NCBI RefSeq assembly: GCF_000143415.4
Contig: NW_003314276.1
Coordinates: 583,630 to 647,629, forward strand
DNA length: 64,000 nt
DNA from: Selaginella moellendorffii
Taxonomy: Eukaryota; Plantae; Lycopodiophyta
Direction: 5' to 3'
The first letter of the stretch is position 1. Every line of letters starts with the position of its first letter. Under the pieces are notes generated by a model, which had not been told where the DNA came from, did no database searches, and saw nothing but the letters and a program-made list of their open reading frames with translations. Shown in pieces: positions 25,408 to 36,777 of the stretch. A program made the position numbers and the translations under genes.

Positions 25408-25758
25408 AAGGGTGGGGTTCCATGTGTCCCCCACCTGGAAATTTTTTCACCCTGGAAAAAAAAACTTCCCCCTTCGAATATTTTAAGGTTACATGTAACC
25501 CACGTTTAAAATGTCATGTCATCAATATAGTTTTTGCCAACTCAGTTAAATTTGTTTTGTCTTTTTTAAGCAATGATTACTATTTTTATACGTGGTACTA
25601 TTTTATTGACTTGTTCTACCGGGTTTCAGGCACCGGGAGAAATTTTGGGGGGGGACATCAGGTTCCCCCAATTCCATTGCCACGTCACTGGTGGGGTACA
25701 TGAAACAAGGGGTTAAAAATTTTCCCCCTTGAAAAACTTCCCCCGGTACCCTGCCCTA
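25408..25758. mobile_element. Degenerate MITE-like element
   Basis: Imperfect inverted ends (aagggtggggttcc / ggtaccctgcccta) and inverted subterminal motifs (tgtcccccacctggaaatttt / gagaaattttggggggggaca). No clear target-site duplication. Confidence 0.35.
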
Positions 25759-26379
25759 ACAACAATTAGCATAGTGGCACTAAAATATAAGACACTTAAG
25801 TTTAGAGCCAAATTCCAAGCTAAATTCCAAGCCTATTATTCTATGAACAAAAGTTTAATATGCACTCAAAAAAACACCATTTCCTTATATTCAACTTTTG
25901 CATATAAAATAGTGTCAAATTGAGTTCAGAATAACATACCAATGGCCTAATGTGAGAAAATAGATACCCCATTAACTAAAGTAGCATGGAATTTGGGCAA
26001 GTTAGATGTAAAACAAGGAATGACACAGTTGAAAATTAATGTTCCAAATAATCACTTATATTTCCAACTATTATCTATACTATATTTAAAATCCCCCATA
26101 TTTGCTAAAAGGTGTTTTGACAAGGAATGAATCTCAAGTAAATTCCTATTAAATGTTTCAGGCTGAGGAAAAAAAGATGGAGCCAAGAAATGTGATCAGA
26201 CTGGAGGAAGGATTGTTATAACCCTGGGATTAATATTCATCTATATGGTTTAAGGATGATTAAGTTAAATTTAGTTAGTTTATTTTAACAAAGATTGACT
26301 AATCTAGAGCAGTGGCACAGGCAGTCCAGGGTGGTTATTTACTTTGCATCTGCATGTTAATTCTTCCCTACATTCAAAC

Positions 26380-27090
26380 AAGTCATCATGGTCCTAAGGC
26401 TCAATTTATGCAGGAGAGGATACATCAAATGTCATGGAAATAATATAAAATCTGGCAATAAATATCCTAAGCAAATCACATATCTACCGTAATTAATGAA
26501 GGCCACATTAAATTATTTTTCAAAAGTATGGTGGTCGACAAAAAGAAATGTCCATACTTTTTCAAGACTTTCTCTCCAGCTTAGGATAGGAAGGTGGTGG
26601 TGGTATATATGGACTTGAGCACTATTTATAAGCTAATATTGATAAATAAGCTACAAAACTAATGCACATCTTGTCTTTGGAGCACTCATCTTGGTTTAGT
26701 ATGATTAATTGATCATGCAAGTTGACTATTTTATTTTATTTTATTTTTTAAAATCATTTAGTGATGATAGAAACCAAAATGGAAGTAATTCTTATCACTA
26801 CTTGCATTCTAGATATTGCAACCTCAAGTGATCATCAAAAGAAATTGTTAAAACTTTTAAAACAAACTTTTATCCTAGTGCATGCAAGCTCCATTATCAT
26901 CAACTCTCAAAACCATTTGAATCATAGTCTTCCATTAGGATGAGCATTCAAGATTCTCCTGATATAAGATTCTAAAGGAAAATGTGGAATAAACTGATCT
27001 TGAATGGAAATCTTTATTCAAGTTTAAAGCATAATAATCTATATGTATAACTATTAGTTTTAATTATCCATGGTGGATTATTTTTATAAC
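26380..27090. repeat. AT-rich dispersed repeat, second copy at about 62570-63190
   Basis: Shared blocks include catcatggtcctaa(g/a)gctca and aaccatttgaatcatagtct..aaactgatcttga..aaagcataataatctat. Confidence 0.8.
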
Positions 27091-27319
27091 AAATAATATA
27101 TTTGATGATTGTAAAATAAAAAATGCAGTTGCAGGTTATGTTGTTTGCTCTGGTTTTGAATCAGCTGCTCTCTCTTTTCAAGTATTGCAAATATAATTTT
27201 CAAGTGACGCTTGGTTCATATCAACTAATAAAATTAAATCTGAAAACATACATGCTAATATTTATTAAAGTAAATTGAAGCTATGCATTAAATAATTTGC
27301 TGCAGGATTTTTTCTTAAT

Positions 27320-27545
27320 TACCAGATACTCCTGCTAGGTCCCAAGGAATCTATCCCTTGGCCACGGCCATGGATTGCTCACTGCAGCTGCATCATCAAT
27401 CTCCTCAGCTGCACCGCACTCCCTTGTGGCCAAGGAGCTCAAGAAGGGAAACAACGCAAGCAAATTGTTTGTGTCAAAGTTTTTCAAATCAAGATATTTA
27501 CCAGATTCAATCGAATGAACTAAGTTTCCCAAATCAAAACTCTAT
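27320..27545 (+). pseudogene. Fragment of the OEP40-like gene 3' end and 3' UTR
   Basis: gtggccaaggagctcaagaagggaaacaacgcaagcaaatt matches gttgccaaggagctcaaaaaggcaatcaatgcaagcaaat at about 23086-23125. Confidence 0.7.
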
Positions 27546-27614
27546 TGCAAGCGTGCCACCTTTCAGTTATACGTGTCAATCTGAGCTTGATCCTACGGAT
27601 CAGCTTGAGGCCGA

Positions 27615-28553
27615 GGCTTGGTGTCCTTAAACCACCAATTTGCTGGAACTCCAAGCTCTGCCGTGAGATAGTCCGATCTCTTGTTCACCAGTGCGATATT
27701 CCGGGTGCCCGAGACACTGAAGGGCTTGCTCGGCCCTTGGTAGCCATCAACCAGGTGAAGCAAGGCCTCCAAGTTGTGCAGATCGGTCAAGCCACCATCT
27801 TCCCTCAGAAACGGAGAGATGTCGCGGTGCCAACATGGGTGTAGGCCCATGGGAACCTGTGGAAGATGAGCGAGATGATATCACTGCTGTCCTCGTTGAC
27901 AATCACCCCTGGAACTTTGGGCCGTGGGGTCGACGGAGGAGATCCTTGAGGTTCCCGATCCACTCGAGCTGCGTCACCGTCCCGCGCCAGGCCACCACAA
28001 TGTCGCAGCGTCCCAACCGTCGGATGGCCTCGTCCGACGTGGCAACCGCCACGAAGCCCATCCAGTTGGTGTCCGACGTCCACGAGTCGTCGCCGGGTTG
28101 GGCGTTGGAATTGGAGCGCTTGAAGAAACTGGGCAAGCCCAGCTGCGATGTCGCGTAGAGATAGGCCGTGATTTCGTATCCCGTGCTTGGGAGTCCCACG
28201 GATTGGAGGAGCTCCTCCTTGGAGAACTTTGTGTCTCCACAGAATTCCGAGCCCTCGCTGTATTCGAAGCCGTCGAAGCAAGCCTCCGCGAATTCGCCGT
28301 ATCGGATGATCTCCCGCCGGAGCCGCTCGTCGATGGAGGCGTTGGCGGGCGGGAGGAGCGGACTCCAGTGGCATGCATCCCGCCAGCCTGAGCTCAGCAC
28401 CAGCTGCCTCTCCTCCAGCTCCACAACGCGCGCGCCATGACCATCTCCTTCAGATCTCTCCAACGTTCTTCTCTTGAATGAGAATGACAATGAATCTCCT
28501 TCTCTCTCCAACGTCCTTCTCTTGAATGACAGTGACAATGGAACTCGTGCCAT
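27615..28553 (-). pseudogene. PLA1 copy 2, pseudogene
   Basis: Near-identical to copy 1, but about 350 bp including the GHSLG motif is deleted at about 27922. Further small frameshifting deletions lie at about 27826 and 27933. Confidence 0.9.
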
Positions 28554-28882
28554 GATCTCGATGCTCGCTCCCGAGGCTTTGATGGGCTTGGACAATTGTT
28601 GATACGCCTATCGATCGATCAGCTCCTCCTTGGCGTGATCGCTTCCTAAAGAACTCTTGTTTCTCCCATCGTGTAGATTGCTGCTGGAATCCTGAGATTG
28701 TGGCAGAGGATTTATAGCAGTATCGCTTTCGAAGTTTGCATATACGAAAGCATATACGAAATTCTCGCGTTGATCTCCTCTCTTCTCGTCTCGAGTGGGA
28801 AACGTAACAGTCAAAATTCAACCAGGGTCAACCCTACGCAAGGCGGTATCGAGTCTTTGACCAGAAAACTTTCACTCAACTT

Positions 28883-29623
28883 TTACTCTTCATTCTCATC
28901 CGTCCAGTAAAGCAAACTAGTTGCGAGGTCGGGATCACTGTTCTCCTCCACCATCATCGCATCCTTTTCGTTTCCCTGGAGCTGGCGATCATAGGCGTCG
29001 ATTGGAAGTCCCGACGCCAGGTACTTGATCATCTCCTTGACGAACCGCCCGGAGTCTCGATCGAGGAAAGGCTCCAAGAGCGGCGCCACCACTCTCTCGC
29101 AATCCATGGCTGCCGCTGGGGATCGCGCCATGTCGCTCAGGTTCTTTCTCCCACTTGTCCTCAGCAGTCTCTCCAATGCCCCCTTGACGAGATGTGCCAC
29201 CAGCGTCACATCTCTGTCTAGCATCAGCGCTTGGACCTCCCTCACGATCCAATCCCACAGGTACTTGCTGCAATCCCTCCCCGTCCCAGCCGCCCTGACG
29301 ACATCCCCCTCGAATTCCTGGCTGTAGCGCTTGCGCCGCCACATCTGTGCCGGCGTGAGCGCGAGCTTGTGCGTGCTCCGATGGGGATGCACGAGACAGT
29401 GCCTGGAGAAGATACTCACCCCGTCCTCCATGGCCACGCCGTGGACGAGCGAATCATAACCTCCCTTGCAGATTGGGCATCGCAGGAATTCGCCGGTGGA
29501 AGAGTAGGCCAGCATCGCCTCCGACCACGTGAGAATGCAGGGGTAGCAGAAGCCATGGAAGCAGCCATCCACGAACGCGGGATCGCTGCGCTCGTCCGCC
29601 AAGCAAATCGCACAACCCACCAT
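28883..29623 (-). CDS. C3HC4 RING E3 ubiquitin ligase, TOPORS-like
   Basis: CAICL..CFHGFCYPCILTW..CPICK, WIVREVQAL and LEPFL..FVKEMIKYLASGLPIDAYD. A telo box (aaaccctaaa) lies just upstream at about 29638. Confidence 0.88.
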   Translation of the reverse strand: MVGCAICLADERSDPAFVDGCFHGFCYPCILTWSEAMLAYSSTGEFLRCPICKGGYDSLVHGVAMEDGVSIFSRHCLVHPHRSTHKLALTPAQMWRRKRYSQEFEGDVVRAAGTGRDCSKYLWDWIVREVQALMLDRDVTLVAHLVKGALERLLRTSGRKNLSDMARSPAAAMDCERVVAPLLEPFLDRDSGRFVKEMIKYLASGLPIDAYDRQLQGNEKDAMMVEENSDPDLATSLLYWTDENEE

Positions 29624-29853
29624 GTGCCCTAAAACTCAAAACCCTAAACGAAGCATATCCATTTTCAAAAAGCAAGGCGTCAATGGTTTCGCGAGCACGG
29701 CTTCTCGAAGACAAGCCAGGCCTTTTGCCTGGAAAATTCTCGCCCGGAAAGTCATCTTTGCTCATCAGTCTATATAGTCGCATCTAAAAGATGTAGAGAG
29801 TCCACTTCTAAGTAAGTGATCCAGAGCAAATTCCACACCGCATCTCGATCGCT

Positions 29854-30873
29854 ATGGCTGGCGGCGTGGAGATGTTTGAATTGGAGCTGGCAGCGGGGTT
29901 GGAGTCCCTGGCCATGGGCAACGGCAGCTACCTGAGCTTGGCATGGATCCAACAAGCGCTGGATCTGGTGAGTCACACACAGGGCGAGATGATGGCGCTG
30001 GTGCCCGATCACCTCCAGCAAGCCTTGCAGGATCGGGACGCCAATTGGCTGCGCGCGTGCGTGTGCGACACGGACAAACTCCTGGGCGTCTGTGACGTTC
30101 TGGTCAGGAGTATCGCCGACGTCCGCTACTACCAGATGTTTGTGCAGCTGGCCTTGCAATCGGTACAAAGCAGGAAGGCGATGCGCGCTCGGCAGCTCCT
30201 CGACAGCTGCATTCGCACGATGCCCCTCTTGTCCACCAGCAGCATCGTCGACAGCAACGAGACGAGCCGCCTCAGCTTGCAGAGGGCCAACCTCGAAAGG
30301 GGCATTCAAACTCTCCTGGCCATCTGGGAATTCGAAGCTGATGGTGGAAGAACAACACTACAGCTAGACCAGGAGGTCGAGGAGCTTGATGATGGTAGCC
30401 GGGTTTTCCTCTCCACTCTCCACGGCACCAGAAGCACATCCATCTTCGTGCTCCTGGTTCTCGCGGTCGCGCTCACCGTCCAGCCCAGGCTGCCAAGCAA
30501 GGAGCGGAGATCCCAGCCCCTCGGCATCCGCGCTAGCAAAGAACCCCTCTGGCTCGATCCGCTCGTGCGCCTGCTCAAGAGCGTCAAAGAGGAGATCAGC
30601 AGCCGGAACGAGCAGGCGCCATTCTCTTTCCTGTGCGAGCTCCAGAGTGTGGATCAATGGGTCCGACAGCTGCGCGCCCTCATTATCCACGGGGATCCGC
30701 AGGACGACCGCGCACTGGCGGACTGCGTCAAGGCGCTCAAGAACAGCGTGGATCAAGTGGAGTTGGCGTTGCCGCTCATCGAGGCGCAGGTGATTCAGAT
30801 CCGCAACATTATCACCTCGTGCCGCGCCATCGTGCTGCATCTCCTCCACAAGAGCAAGAAAAAGATGGTTTAA
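29854..30873 (+). CDS. BPS1/ROH1-like (DUF793-type) protein, intronless
   Basis: FELELAAGLESL..YLSLAWIQQALD..WLRACVCDTDKLLGVCDVL, with a helical C-terminus typical of BYPASS1 relatives. Confidence 0.72.
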   Translation: MAGGVEMFELELAAGLESLAMGNGSYLSLAWIQQALDLVSHTQGEMMALVPDHLQQALQDRDANWLRACVCDTDKLLGVCDVLVRSIADVRYYQMFVQLALQSVQSRKAMRARQLLDSCIRTMPLLSTSSIVDSNETSRLSLQRANLERGIQTLLAIWEFEADGGRTTLQLDQEVEELDDGSRVFLSTLHGTRSTSIFVLLVLAVALTVQPRLPSKERRSQPLGIRASKEPLWLDPLVRLLKSVKEEISSRNEQAPFSFLCELQSVDQWVRQLRALIIHGDPQDDRALADCVKALKNSVDQVELALPLIEAQVIQIRNIITSCRAIVLHLLHKSKKKMV

Positions 30874-30942
30874 AAGAGTTCTACAGAAAATGTGGTAGTT
30901 TCTCTGGGGAATCTCCTAGGAATATCCGTCCTGTTTCAAATT

Positions 30943-31370
30943 CTAGCAGTCGTATGATCCCGGTCCCGGATTTCCGTCGTCCTTGCGGTAACTGAATCGC
31001 TTCTCCGTGCCGAACTTAAAAGATGCCGCGGATGCCCTCCTGGAATTCGATTGGTGCCCCTGTGTTTGCATCGCGAGAAATCCCAGTTCAAAAAGGGATG
31101 GGAAAAAAACACACACACACACACAAGCCGCAGAGATCATCAGAGTCGTGGAAAACTTTTTTTCATGTTGTGTGCCGCTGGAAGTACCATGGATGATTCA
31201 GTCGAGCATGGGTCATCGCCCTTGGTGGTGCATTGCTGCTGCGGCGGCTGCTGCTGCTGCTGCTGCTGCTGCTTCTCCGCTGGTTTCTTGGGCGAGGACG
31301 GATTGTTCTTGGCGGCATTGCTCTTGGCGCCAGCTTTGCCCGTGGGAGACGGTGGCGATTTCTCGCTCAT
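30943..31370 (-). CDS. 99-aa microprotein with a polyQ tract and one STPG/SHIPPO-like motif, 2 exons
   Basis: Exon 1 (31370-31188) and exon 2 (31059-30943) join by GT-AG in frame: ..SSM|GHQSNSRRASAASFKFGTEKRFSYRKDDGNPGPGSYDC*. Confidence 0.62.
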
Positions 31371-31476
31371 TGCGCTGTTGTGGGCGTTGTTTTCCCGCGC
31401 TTTGGCAATAAGGTCGGACGCACCCCTTCGCTATAGCTAAAACATTTCTCACAAAGGGGTGTAGGGTTTAAAGAAG

Positions 31477-32523
31477 ATGCTTAATATTTTAGGTTCCAGC
31501 AGTTATGGCCGCTGCCTCTTGTCTGTGCAATGCGCCGGGGCTCGAGATCGCGCGGCGGCGGCGCCAGCGGCGGCCAAGCTCTTGCTTGTGACCGGCGCCG
31601 CAGCGGCATTCTGCTTGCTGGGCAATCCCCGCCCGGGCATTTGCGAGCTGCGATCGTCAATGCAAGCCTATTTTTAAGTGTGGATTATTTCAAGTAATCG
31701 ATCGATCTATTTTGCTTTGCAGCTGCTCGGTGGTGCCAGGTCGAGGCCGAGGTTACGAGTATCTGTATCCATCTTCTTGGAAGCGTGACAAGGTCAGAGG
31801 AATTGAGGTAGTGTTCTTTCTTTGCTTTTTCTCGTTCTTTTATCTAAATGGCCTTCTCTGTGTGGCCGCTGGCCGCTGGCAGCTTCTAGCGCATGATCCA
31901 GAGGCCAAGGAATTCAACTTGACAATTACGAGCGGACCAGCTCAATTTATAGTGCTGGGGTCACCAGAGGAGGTCTGAATAGTCCCACTAAATGGCGTCG
32001 CGTATAAGCTAATCTTCTGAGATCATTCATTCATGCCATTCCATCCCTCCAGGTTGGACGAGCACTACTCGCTCGCTACCAGACCGTGGCCGACGTGGAA
32101 AACGTGCTCCGTTTTCTATCAAGAGAAAAGTTTTTCTTTTTCTAAACGCGTGTTTTACAGGCGGAGCTCTTGAAGGTGGACTCTTTCCCAGATCGTGACA
32201 GTAGCAGGAGGTAATCTTAAATCCGGACACGGCATCCAAATCCTCTTTTGACTAAATCAGGAGCTATACGTTGGAGCTAAGGATTCTTGCGAACAATGAG
32301 TTACGACATTTCCTGTTTAAAATCCTCAAGACAGAGAGCAAGGTTGGTGTATGTATAGTATCTAGAGTTCTTTTTCTTTTCTGCTTTTTCTTTCCTTTCT
32401 TGATACTGAAGCGTTTCTATCTAGGTGTATACACTCGTTCTTCAAGTACCAGAAGGACAGTGGCCGGGCAGCGCGGACTGCGCACGGACGCTTTTAGACG
32501 GGCTGAGGGCTACCACAAATTGA
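31477..32523 (+). CDS. Divergent PsbP-domain (thylakoid lumen) protein, multi-exon
   Basis: Transit-like N-terminus, then exons GYEYLYPSSWKRDK, LTITSGPAQFIVLGSPEE, AELLKV, YTLELRI and VYTLVLQVPEGQWP. The first splice donor is unclear. Confidence 0.55.
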
Positions 32524-32680
32524 CACCTAGTCTAATCATACCCAGTCAAGTCGGTGGACTGCTACAATTGGACCGAACAATACAATGGTGCTCGTGCATA
32601 AAGGTAAAGATAAAAGTATAAGGATGCATGTCCTAATGGTGATTTGATTTAGTGCTGATCCGTTGTTGCCTTAAAAAGGT

Positions 32681-34369
32681 ATGGGAGACCTGAGATACTC
32701 TTTCGAGTCCCGAAACATGAAGTTCGAGCTCAGCTATCATAGCTTCCTGCTGGTTCTGCTCGTTGTGGTAGGGGTTTACACGGTTCTCACAATGAATGGA
32801 TCCACATCTTTCCAGCTGTATCGTCCCACTCCAGCTCCAGATTGCACAGGTGAAATCTCCAGAAGAGGGGGAATCAAGACAGAAACACCAATAGGAGGAT
32901 CGCTGTCAGCGGCAGAGAATCTGGAAGCAGCACCGGCAGCAGCAGGAGCGCTCCCCTTGAAGGCAAGAGCAACAGATAGTCCAAGTCCAAGAACAACGCT
33001 CGCAAACATAGTTTTCGGCCTTGCGGCAGGCTCCGAGGTTTGGGACAAGAGGAAAGGCTACATCCAGGCATGGTGGAGGCCGGAGATGCGAGGGGCGGTG
33101 TGGCTGGACAAGATGGTAGCCAGATCCAGCGAGGACAATTTGCCTCCGCTCATGGTGTCCGAGGACACCTCCCGGTTCAACTACACTTATTCGGGCCAAC
33201 CTCCGAGCAAGCGTCAGAAGCAGCAGCTTCGGATATGCCGGATTGCCGTGGAGATGTTCCGGTTGAGGCTTCCGGATGTGCACTGGTTTGTCGTCGGGGA
33301 CGATGACACAGTGTTTCTCGCCGAGAACGTGGCAAGAGTTCTGTCCAAGTATGATCACACCAAGTTTTACTACATTGGTGGCATCTCCGAGACGCACCGG
33401 CAGAACACCGTGGATGGCTGCTGCACGGGCAACATGGCCTACGGTGGTGCCGGCTACGCCATCAGCTATCCCCTGGTCGAGGAGCTGAGCGAGATTCTGG
33501 ACGAGTGCATGGAAAGGTACGCTGATCTCTACGGAGGGAGCTCCAGAATTCATGCGTGCTTGTTGGAGCTGGGAGTTCCACTGATCAAAGAGCCTGGCTT
33601 CCACCAGGTACGACTTTTTCCTGTGCTTTCTGGATCGGAAAAAGTGATTTTTCTTTCGTGGTTTCGCAGCTGGATATCAACGGAGACGCATCCGGCATCC
33701 TGGGTGCTCATCCCATTGCTCCGTTGCTCTCGCTGCACCACCTGGACCGGATCGATCCACTGTTTCCAGGGATGTCACGGCAGAAATCGGTGGAGCATCT
33801 GCTCCAGGCAGCAGGCGTCGATCCAGGCGGGGTGCTGCAGCAGGCGGTGTGCTACAGCAAGCAGCAGAGTTGGTCGATTCAAGTCTCATGGGGATGGGCT
33901 GTGCAAGTCACGCGACTTTTGCTTGCTCCACGAGTGCTCGAGAATCCACTAAGGACGTTCGCTGGCTGGGGAGTCCCGAGCCTGGACGAATCATTCGGCT
34001 TCAGGACAAGAGCGGTGCCAAGGGACTCGTGCGAGCGGCCAACCATGTTCTTCATGCACACCGTCGTGCCTCAGCGCAATGGACAGTCTTTCAGTAATTA
34101 CTCGAGGGGCGCTGCCAGCCAATGCAGGAGAAAGGACGCACTGTCCAAGATCAATTTGATCAGTGTCGAGAAACAAGCCGTGCACGACTCCTGGTACCAG
34201 GTAATGACAACTACTTTTTTTCTTCGATTGGATTTCAATCTGGATGGTTCTTTTTCTTTTGTCTCAGGCACCTCGGAGACAGTGCTGCAAGATCATCAAG
34301 TTGAGCAAGCACACACTAGAGCTGTCCATCAGGACATGCCAGAAAGGCGAGTTATCAGCCATCTTATAA
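32681..34369 (+). CDS. DUF604/Fringe-like glycosyltransferase, 3 exons
   Basis: N-terminal transmembrane anchor, IVFGLA..KRKGYIQAWWRP, WFVVGDDDT, MAYGGAGYAISYPL, EPGFHQ|LDI and PLLSLHHLD. The last exon is APRRQCC..AIL*. Confidence 0.92.
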
Positions 34370-34565
34370 CTAACTTGGAGAACGATTATATTAGCCTCCA
34401 AGCACAGACGCTACAGCCGGTAAGTTGGAACCTTTGAAGCTCACGAAAGAAAAGCTCTCACTTTTTTGTGTTCCATGTTCATGACCAGTGATACTTCTAC
34501 ACTGGTAAGAAAAAAGTTTTACATACACTTTTTCCTTTCCTGCGGCCTGATCCTCTCTTAGGCAG

Positions 34566-36431
34566 CTAGATTCTCGTCGTGGAAAGAGGAAGCCTGACGA
34601 AACGGCTCACAAAGAAATGCTTGAGTAACTTACTTGTCTGCACACTCAACTTGCGTTGTAAAAACTGCGCTCACTGGCCGATGATCCGAGATTCTGTACT
34701 CGGAGCGCAAGTAGGCGATCTGGTCGAGCCCCTTTCCCAGCCATAGAATGCGGTCACACCTGTACGAGAGAGAATCAATAGAAGTTATTTTTTAAGTTCT
34801 CTCCACTTAAACAATTGACATACCATGCAGGAACGCGTGTTCTTCCATTCGCAGACGCGCCGTTCATCGTATAGGCATCGGAATCGGGGATGTACTTGTA
34901 TGTTGGGGCGAATTTGATGTGTCCTTCTTTCCAGCCTTCGAAAACACGACCTTTTCCTTGCTGTGCTTTGAGCTGAAGAGGCAAACAGTCGTATAAGCTT
35001 AGCTATCAAAGTGTGAAGGTTTTTGGAGACTACCTGATCCTTCGCTAGAAGAGAAGAATAGTCCTGGTTTCCAATAAGTCGCATTGTCTCGTCGCTGGAG
35101 AGAGCAACCCGATAGTTGAGATCTCCAAGCCAGATTATCCTTCTGTGAATTAAAAACAGAGAAATAAGATTCAAGTCACGCCCACGTGAATGAGATTTGC
35201 TCTAAAATACTTACTCGTGCTCTAAAATAGTCTCGGGTAGAGTTTGCGAGACTCTGAGAGAACGTGGAAAGCTAGTCCTGCGCAAGATCTCCCTCACGTC
35301 CGTGTTTCTGCGCTTGTCATCTTCTTCTCTGTCTCCCGAAGTCAAATGTGAACAGATGAAGCAGAAGCTTGTTCGGTGGATGGACAAGCTCACCGAAATG
35401 GATCCCTGAGAGAAGGTACAACCAGCAAAGGTTGGCCACAGTTAAAAACGAGAAAGTCTTACCTTGTTTCCAAGGTAGCCAAAAATTCCACAACCAACGG
35501 AGGAAACCTTGACGTTGCTGACAACGTGACGAATCTCACGTCGGATCCAAACGCTGATAAAAAGTCCGACCATCTGTTTGCTCGCAATCCGGACATACTG
35601 TCCGGGAAACTTGCTGTCCTCGGAGAAATCTGGAGACATGAGCGGTGCGATGAGAGGCTGTTTCTCCCCAACGTAACCAAGTGTTGATGCTGTCTCCTCC
35701 TCTTGTGTCCATGATGCTCTCCTAGAGCCACGATTCAGAGTGTGCCGTATCAAAGTTTCCCATACTACAGCTGGAGTGTCATCCTCAACTCCAAACACAT
35801 TTGCAACATTTAGAGGCACAATCTCTTGGAAGCTGTGGGAATAACAAGCGTCAGGAGAAGGACAAAATAACGAGCTGGAAATACCCGAAGACGTAGATAT
35901 CGGCCGGTGTCTGGGAGCAGACCCAGCTACTTAAATCCAGAGACGATGGAGGAATCCGTCCGCCGACGTTCCAGGTTCCGGCGTGTATCCTAGCACAAGG
36001 TTTTCGAGAACTTTCAGGCAAAGACAAGAGAGAGCCCTCAAGGCGACTGGCTGATCAGTACCGGAAGTTTTGGAACGCGGTTGAAAGAGCTACCGGCGTT
36101 TGATAACTCCTGGAATATAATCCAACCCCAGATTCATCTATAACAAGAACGAAAAAAACATAACAAAGTCGTTTAGCAACGAGAGAAACAAACAAACAAG
36201 CAAATGGATTGATTATACCTTCACTCTCGCAGTCAGAGCATCGCCATTCATCCGCATTGAACTCATAGTCACAAGATCTCCATGGCAGAAGCTTCCTCAA
36301 GAAGTGGCAGCAGCCGAGGCAGTCGCAATTCCACAACCCAGCTGCCTGCAGGCAAGAAAAAGAGAGAACAAAAAGGCTCAGTTTAGGATCCAAAACTCTC
36401 CCAATAGCAAGCTTACCTCGCCGCTCTTCAT
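34566..36431 (-). CDS. Type I inositol polyphosphate 5-phosphatase, multi-exon
   Basis: GTWNVGG, DIYVFG|FQEIVPLN, SKQMVGLF, GYLGNK|GSISVS, CSHLTSG, WLGDLNYR, PTYKY, PAW|CDRILW and SDHRPV. The stop is at 34566 or 34630. Confidence 0.93.
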
Positions 36432-36777
36432 CTCACCGTTCCTGACCTAGTCTTACCATGGAAAGATCACAAAATCTTAGCACAAATCGACCCAAACCAT
36501 CAAGCCTCTCGAAGAAAACTGAAGCAATCAAAGAATGGGGGAAAAGGGAAAAACAAACCCGAGCTTATATACAACCTCCACGTGTACCATTTGAATAGCC
36601 ATGGCGGGTATTCCGTGCCAAAAAGGCCGCGGAAATATCACAAAAAGTATCACGAAACTCACCACTAAGAAATTCAAGCTTAGAGCCGCGGCCGGCCACG
36701 TCAAGCTCACAAATCTGCCTCCAAATCTCTTGTTGCGATCCAAATCGACTAATAAATCCTTACTTTTGCTGTTGCTG

